Assembly (NCBI GenBank): GCA_021818955.1
Contig: JAKASR010000002.1
Location: forward strand, 107,659 to 171,658
DNA from: Acidobacteriota bacterium
Lineage (GTDB): Bacteria > Acidobacteriota > Terriglobia > Terriglobales > SCQP01
Direction of reading: 5' to 3'
DNA: 64,000 bases
Within the stretch, counting starts at the first letter, position 1; each line of letters starts with the position of its first letter. Positions 58,867 to 64,000 of the stretch are shown here, piece after piece. The translations under genes were made by a program, and so were the position numbers. The notes under the pieces were generated by a model that saw nothing but the letters and a program-made list of their open reading frames with translations, did no database searches and was not told where the DNA came from.

Positions 58867-59943
58867 ATGTTTCAGCCGCAGACATATCTGCTCGCGCTGC
58901 TTTTCATGATCACCAGCATGCTGTGCTGGGGATCGTGGGGCAATACGGTCAAGCTGGCGCGCGGCTGGCGTTTCCAATTGCTCTATTGGGATTACACCTG
59001 GGGTCTGGTGCTGGGAATGTTGTTCTGGGGCTTTACGCTGGGCAGCATCCATAGCGGGCCGGCCAGCTTTCTGCCCGCGCTGGCCTCCGCCGACCGAAGC
59101 CATTGGCTCTGGGCGCTGGCCGGCGGAGCCCTGTTCAACGTTGCCAATCTCTTGCTGGTGGCGGCGATTGAGATTGCCGGCCTGGCGGTAGCTTTTCCGA
59201 TCGGCATCGGGCTGGCGCTGGTGGTGGGCGTGTTGCTGGATTATCTGCTGAAACCGCAGGGCAATCCCCTGCTGCTGTTCGGAGGCGTGGCGCTGGTTGC
59301 GGCTGCGATCGTACTCGATGCGCTCGCTTACCGCCGCCGCGACGTAGCCGCCGCGCAACCCCGCGCTTCCGCCGCTGCGGGCGCGGAGAGCGGAATGGTC
59401 TCCGGGCCCGCGGCTTCCGCCGGCCACGCCGGGCCTGCGGCGGCGCTGGCCCGCCGCGGCCTCCTGATCAGCCTCGCCTGCGGCATTCTCATGGGCTTGT
59501 TTTATCCGCTGGTGGGGAAGTCCATGCTGGGACCGGGCCGGCTGGGTCCCTATGCGGTGGCTTTCGTGTTTTCGCTGGGCGTGCTGCTGAGCACCTTTCC
59601 GGCGAACGGTTGGCTCATGCGCTATCCGCTCGATGGCAACTCGCCCCTTGCGCCGCGGGAATATTGGCACGGCCGGGCGGGCGCGCATCTGGCCGGGTTA
59701 TGCGGCGGCTTTATCTGGGCGACCGGCGGGGTCTTTAACTTTGTCGCGGCGCATGCCCATCTGATCGGGCCCGCCGTCAGTTATGCCATTGGCCAGGGCG
59801 CCACCATGATCGCGGCGATCTGGGGAGTCTTTATCTGGCGCGAGTTTGCCGCCGCTCCCCGGCGCGTGACGCGGCTGCTGTTTTGGATGTTCGCCTGCTT
59901 TTTGGTGGGCTTGGGCGCGGTGGCCGTCGCGCCTTTATTTTAG
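58867..59943 (+). CDS. Polytopic membrane protein, DMT/GRP-like sugar-transporter candidate
   Basis: About 10 hydrophobic segments. N-terminal LCWGSWGNTVK resembles GRP/RhaT-type transporters. GGGAGGA lies upstream of the ATG at 58867. Confidence 0.5.
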   Translation: MFQPQTYLLALLFMITSMLCWGSWGNTVKLARGWRFQLLYWDYTWGLVLGMLFWGFTLGSIHSGPASFLPALASADRSHWLWALAGGALFNVANLLLVAAIEIAGLAVAFPIGIGLALVVGVLLDYLLKPQGNPLLLFGGVALVAAAIVLDALAYRRRDVAAAQPRASAAAGAESGMVSGPAASAGHAGPAAALARRGLLISLACGILMGLFYPLVGKSMLGPGRLGPYAVAFVFSLGVLLSTFPANGWLMRYPLDGNSPLAPREYWHGRAGAHLAGLCGGFIWATGGVFNFVAAHAHLIGPAVSYAIGQGATMIAAIWGVFIWREFAAAPRRVTRLLFWMFACFLVGLGAVAVAPLF

Positions 59944-60044
59944 CCACAACCTGCCGCCAGCTTTCGCCCGGCAACTTATCCGCCGGACGCCGGCTTGAAC
60001 TCGTCCGGAAGTCGGCGCAGACTGATGGCTGCGGAGGTGGCCCC

Positions 60045-61124
60045 ATGCACGCATTCCAGCTAAAAAGGCTGCCCATCATCTTAGCCGGCGGCATGCTGCT
60101 ATTGCTGGCCTCACGGCCGGGCATGGCCCAACGAAATTATGGCGACGCCGACACTATAACCGGCCGGGTCTTGTTGGCGCCGGGCATGGTCAATGCCAGC
60201 GGCGCCACGGTCACGCTGTCTTCCGGGACCGGGCAGTTTGTCTCCAGTACGGTGACGAATGCCGATGGCCGCTTCAGCTTCAGCAGCATGAGTCTCAGCA
60301 ATGCGCCCACCACCAGCGGCCATGATTATGTAGTGAGCGCCAGCCTGCCGGGTTATCGCCCAGCGGAAAGCACGCTCAATATGCAATTTGAGGCGCAAGG
60401 CGAGGCTACACTGATCTTGCAGCCGCTGCCCAATGCCTCTTTGTCGCCAAATTATTCCCTGGGCCGCTATGCATTGACCGCCAAGGCCAAGTCCGCCTAT
60501 CAACGCGCGGTGAAGCTGCTCCAAAAAAACGACTATTCGCATGCCCTTTCGGCGTTGGCGTCGGTAGTGGCGGCCGAGCCGACTTTCGCGCCCGGCTACC
60601 AGATGATGGGCGAAGCCTACGCTCGGCTGCACCAGCGGAAGCAGGCGCGCCGGGCCTGGCGCAAGGCGCTGCAACTCGATCCCACGCTGATTCCCTCCGC
60701 CGTGAGCCTGGCCCGCTACAATAACGATCACCATCGTTGGCAACGGGCTTTAAAAAGGCTGCACGCTGCGACCGCGCCGGCGGCGTACGCCAAAGTCAGT
60801 CCGCCTTCGGCGAAAGCGCCGGCCGCGGCGCGGCCCTGGCAGTGGTATTGGGAAATGGGGCGGGCCGAATATGGCAGCCAGCATTGGCGCCGCGCGCAGG
60901 CCGCGCTGGCTCACGCCGAAGCCGCCGGCGCGACCCCGGCGAACCTGCATGTTCTGCTGGCGAATCTGGCCGTCCGCGGCCACAACTTTCCCGCCGCCCG
61001 GCACGAATTCGAGCTTTATTTGAAGGCCGACCCTCATGGCAAGTTTGCCCATCGCGCCCGCGCGATCGTGAAGGATATGATCGCTCACCATATCCCCGAA
61101 CCCAACGGTCAAACGGGGCGATAA
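60045..61124 (+). CDS. Secreted CarboxypepD_reg-like + TPR-like protein (paralog A)
   Basis: Signal peptide, then GRVLLAPG...NADGRFSFSS...SASLPGYRP (carboxypeptidase regulatory-like fold), then helical repeats. GGAGGTG lies upstream of the ATG. Confidence 0.6.
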   Translation: MHAFQLKRLPIILAGGMLLLLASRPGMAQRNYGDADTITGRVLLAPGMVNASGATVTLSSGTGQFVSSTVTNADGRFSFSSMSLSNAPTTSGHDYVVSASLPGYRPAESTLNMQFEAQGEATLILQPLPNASLSPNYSLGRYALTAKAKSAYQRAVKLLQKNDYSHALSALASVVAAEPTFAPGYQMMGEAYARLHQRKQARRAWRKALQLDPTLIPSAVSLARYNNDHHRWQRALKRLHAATAPAAYAKVSPPSAKAPAAARPWQWYWEMGRAEYGSQHWRRAQAALAHAEAAGATPANLHVLLANLAVRGHNFPAARHEFELYLKADPHGKFAHRARAIVKDMIAHHIPEPNGQTGR

Positions 61125-61304
61125 GCGGCGGGGCCGCGCTGCGACAAGCCCGAAGCCATCCGCCAAGCGGGAGGGCGTCCAGGGATTCGTTGCTCATCCC
61201 GAGTTGACCGGTTTTCCACTTCGCTTCGTCCATTAATTTCCCCGCTTGCCGGCTTGAACTTGATTGAAAGCCGGGGCAGACTTATTGCCAGCGGAGAAAG
61301 CCCG

Positions 61305-62309
61305 ATGCATGCCGTATGGCTTAAAGGTCTGGCCACGATGCTGGCCGGCGTTTTGCTGACGCAATTCATCACCAACAATCGGGTTCTGGATGGCCGGGTA
61401 TGGGCGGGAACGGTGGCGGCCGCAGGCGCCAGCATCAGCTTGAGCACCGAAAGCGGCGAACTGATCGCCACGACGGTTTCCAACAGCAATGGCCAATTTA
61501 GCTTCAACAATCTGCCCAGCGGTTATTACCTGGTTCGGGCCAGCTTGCAGGGCTATCGCGCCACCCAAACCGATGTGGATCTGGCCAGCGTGAACCAGAC
61601 GATAGCCACGCTGATACTGCAACCGCGGCGGACGGTGCTTTACCCGGCGCCTTCCCTGGGCCACTATTCGCTGGCGTCCAAGGCTAAAGCCGGCTACCTG
61701 CGCGCCGTGAAGCTGCTGCAGGAAAACCACTTTAAAAAGGCGATTCCGGCGCTGCAGTCGGTGGTCGCGGCCGAGCCGGCTTTCGCTCCCGGTTACGAGC
61801 TGATGGGCGAAGCCTACGCTAAATTGCGCAAACCGAAGCAGGCGCGCCAGGCTTGGCGCAAGTCACTGCAACTCGACCCCGCACTGATTCCTGCCGCCGT
61901 CAACCTGGCCCGCTACGATAACAATCACCACCATTGGAAACGCGCCTTGCGCCGGCTGCAATCCGCGAATGTGCACGTGGGCGCGGCGGCGGCCCAGACG
62001 GCGGCGGCGAAGCCGGCGGCAGCTCCGCGGCCCTGGCAATGGTATTGGGAGCTGGGACGGGCCGAATACGGCAGCCGGCATTGGCGCCGGGCGCAGGCCG
62101 CGCTGGCACGCGCCGAAACCGCCGGCGCGACCCCGCCCAATCTGCACATCCTGCTGGCGGACCTGGCGGTTCGCGGCCGCCATTTTCCCGTCGCCCGGCA
62201 TGAATTCGAGCTGTATCTGAAGACCGATCCCCAGGGCCGGTTCGCTAAGCGCGCCCGCGCCATTGTGAAAGATATGGTTGCACACCACATTCCCGAACCG
62301 CCGGGATAA
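61305..62309 (+). CDS. Secreted CarboxypepD_reg-like + TPR-like protein (paralog B)
   Basis: GRVWAGT...NSNGQFSFNNLPSGYYLVRASLQGYRA. The C-terminal half is near-identical to paralog A (PWQWYWE[ML]GRAEYGS...ARHEFELYLK...RARAIVKDM[IV]AHHIPEP). Confidence 0.6.
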   Translation: MHAVWLKGLATMLAGVLLTQFITNNRVLDGRVWAGTVAAAGASISLSTESGELIATTVSNSNGQFSFNNLPSGYYLVRASLQGYRATQTDVDLASVNQTIATLILQPRRTVLYPAPSLGHYSLASKAKAGYLRAVKLLQENHFKKAIPALQSVVAAEPAFAPGYELMGEAYAKLRKPKQARQAWRKSLQLDPALIPAAVNLARYDNNHHHWKRALRRLQSANVHVGAAAAQTAAAKPAAAPRPWQWYWELGRAEYGSRHWRRAQAALARAETAGATPPNLHILLADLAVRGRHFPVARHEFELYLKTDPQGRFAKRARAIVKDMVAHHIPEPPG

Positions 62310-62374
62310 ATTGACGACGGATTTTTGAACTTTCGTGTTCCGGCCTGCGTAGTGAAAGCCAGGAGGAATGCCTC

Positions 62375-62905
62375 ATGTACTGCAACCGGTGTGGCAAGCC
62401 TTTGCCGGAAGGGGCTGGGTTCTGTCCCGCCTGCGGCGCGGGCGCCACGGCGGGCGGCGCAGCCGCAGCCGCCCCCGTTTTACCTTCAACCCCGCCCCGC
62501 GGACGCGTGCTGCGCCATCTCAACGTGCTGGCCGTACTTTGGCTGGTGCTGGGCCTGCTGCGTCTGTTTCCGGCGCTGGTCCTCATGGGTTTCGGCGCGA
62601 TGGCGACCAGCGGTGTCTGGATGCATACCATGGGCGTGGGCATGATGCCGCGTTTCGCGCTGGGATGGATGACGATTATCGGCTGGCTTTTTTTAAGCGG
62701 CGGCTTGCTCTCGCTGCTGGTGGCCTGGGGATTATATCAACGCCAAAACTGGGGACGTATTTTCGGCATCGTGATGGCGGTGCTGACTATCGTATTTTTC
62801 CCGCTCAGCTTAGGCCCGCTGGGGATCGCGCTGGGCATTTATACCCTCTGGGTGCTGGCGCCGGAGGCGTCGGAACGGGAATGGGAGGCGATGGAAGCGA
62901 AATAG
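62375..62905 (+). CDS. Zinc-ribbon membrane protein
   Basis: MYCNRCGKPLPEGAGFCPACG followed by 4 hydrophobic segments. Confidence 0.6.
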   Translation: MYCNRCGKPLPEGAGFCPACGAGATAGGAAAAAPVLPSTPPRGRVLRHLNVLAVLWLVLGLLRLFPALVLMGFGAMATSGVWMHTMGVGMMPRFALGWMTIIGWLFLSGGLLSLLVAWGLYQRQNWGRIFGIVMAVLTIVFFPLSLGPLGIALGIYTLWVLAPEASEREWEAMEAK

Positions 62906-62941
62906 AACAGCGGTAAAAAGGGAAGAAAGCCGGCCCGCCGC

Positions 62942-63178
62942 TCAGTGCTCCAGCCGCAGTCCAATAATGATTTGATAGGCCACCACGGCCAGCATAAACA
63001 GCACATACACGCGCAGCGCCCAAAAAAGCAGCTTTTCGCCGCGGCTTAATTTTCGCCGCGGCGGAACGGCATGCCGCATGCCGGTCAACTGTTCGCGTTC
63101 CAGCAAGGCCAGCGCCAGCTCTTGTTCGGTGGAAGGCTGCACTTTGGCGGGCTCGGATTCGGGCGGCGGATTCATCAT
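62942..63178 (-). CDS. Small membrane protein downstream of the Nramp gene
   Basis: One C-terminal TM segment (LLFWALRVYVLFMLAVVAYQIII). Lies 8 nt after the Nramp stop. Confidence 0.4.
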   Translation of the reverse strand: MMNPPPESEPAKVQPSTEQELALALLEREQLTGMRHAVPPRRKLSRGEKLLFWALRVYVLFMLAVVAYQIIIGLRLEH

Positions 63179-63186
63179 CGACTTCC

Positions 63187-64000
63187 TTAATGGGCGAAAG
63201 CGCGCAGCAGGCCGGGGGCGATCACACTGATGCCGTAGAGCACGCCGGCGGTGACCAGGAAGAGCACAATGCCGGCGGCCAGCAGGTTGGCCCAGAGCGG
63301 GGTGACCTGGTCGCCCATCAATTCGCGATCGTTCGCCAGCAAGAATAAAAACACCAGCGCCGGCGGCATGGCCAGCACCGCAATCACATTGACCACCAGC
63401 ACCACATACACGAGCGGCAAGCCGGGGATGAGCACGATGGCGGCGGCGGCGGCGGCGCAGAGCAACAGCACGGAATAAAATGGGCGGCCTTCGCGCAAAG
63501 GCAGGTTGAGACTGTGCGGGCTGCGGGCCACTTCTCCAAAGGCATAGGCAGAGGAGATGGAAATAGTAATACTAGCCACCAAGCCGGCTTCGACAATGCC
63601 CAAGGCAAAGAGCGCGGCGCCCAGGTGACCAATGCGGGGCGCCAGCGCCTGGGCAAACCCGGCCGCTTGCAGATCGGCGGCGTTGAGATGATGAAACAGC
63701 GGGGCGGTGGCGATGATCGTCGCCACGGCGGCGATGGTGGCCAGGATGGCGCCGAGCAGGGTATCCAGGCGGCCAATGCGGATATCCTTGCGGGTCAGTC
63801 CCTTATCCACCGTGGCGCTCTGCTGGAAAAACAGCATCCAGGGGGTGACGGTAGCGCCAATCACGGCCAGCAGTACCAGCAAGGTGGAGGGGGTCAGGCC
63901 GCCGGGCAAGGGCCGCCAGGTCAGCAGCGCCGAGCCAATGGCGCGCCAATCCGGGTGCGTCATCAGCGCGACTGGAACAAAGATCAGGTTGCAGAGCGCC
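63187..64000 (-). CDS. mntH: Nramp-family divalent metal transporter, C-terminal part (gene continues beyond the right edge)
   Basis: VIGATVTPWMLFFQQSATVDKG and polytopic TM segments. The frame stays open upstream of the ORF-track Met to position 64000. Confidence 0.8.
   Translation of the reverse strand, partial: ALCNLIFVPVALMTHPDWRAIGSALLTWRPLPGGLTPSTLLVLLAVIGATVTPWMLFFQQSATVDKGLTRKDIRIGRLDTLLGAILATIAAVATIIATAPLFHHLNAADLQAAGFAQALAPRIGHLGAALFALGIVEAGLVASITISISSAYAFGEVARSPHSLNLPLREGRPFYSVLLLCAAAAAAIVLIPGLPLVYVVLVVNVIAVLAMPPALVFLFLLANDRELMGDQVTPLWANLLAAGIVLFLVTAGVLYGISVIAPGLLRAFAH

Overview
The window is a high-GC bacterial chromosome segment. Gene content suggests Acidobacteriota: a VWFA-type secreted protein, CarboxypepD_reg/TPR paralogs, and GH38/SGNH hydrolases. 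I cannot confirm this without a database search.

Most of the window (about 9.2-50.8 kb and 54-64 kb) is ordinary housekeeping DNA:
- an atpF'-F-H-A-G-D-C ATP synthase operon
- purE, purD, pyrD, tyrS, pepA, deoB, uvrA and selA
- an aminotransferase and a 2-hydroxyacid dehydrogenase
- rpsA, coaX, birA and nadC
- tRNA-Gln and tRNA-Arg
- a Crp/Fnr + NnrS-like + DUF2249 + ferredoxin cluster
- a GH38 mannosidase-like enzyme, an SGNH hydrolase, an M1 aminopeptidase and an Nramp transporter

Two visibly AT-richer accessory blocks stand out.

1. Positions 1-7.3 kb hold a tightly coupled minus-strand operon. Its order matches a subtype III-C-like CRISPR-Cas effector module: cmr1-like, cmr6-like, cas10, cmr4-like, cmr5-like.
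- The operon runs off the left edge, so cmr3/cas5 is expected beyond it.
- Cas10 keeps its HD motif but has no GGDD cyclase motif.
- The first gene encodes an uncharacterised two-TM membrane protein whose stop overlaps the cmr1 start.
- No CRISPR array, cas6 or adaptation genes are in the window.
- A divergent gene pair (small unknown protein + DUF2235/Tle1-like hydrolase) sits next to it.

2. Positions 50.8-53.9 kb hold a mosaic low-GC island 5' of tRNA-Arg. It carries:
- a TumE-like/HTH two-gene module
- an integrase remnant and an IS1380-like transposase remnant
- an Mrr-type restriction enzyme
- an orphan DUF433 gene
- a perfect 31-bp direct repeat bracketing a 1.28-kb insert

The best candidate for something undescribed is the membrane protein embedded in a cyclase-dead type III operon.

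All family assignments come from motif recognition by eye. No searches were run.
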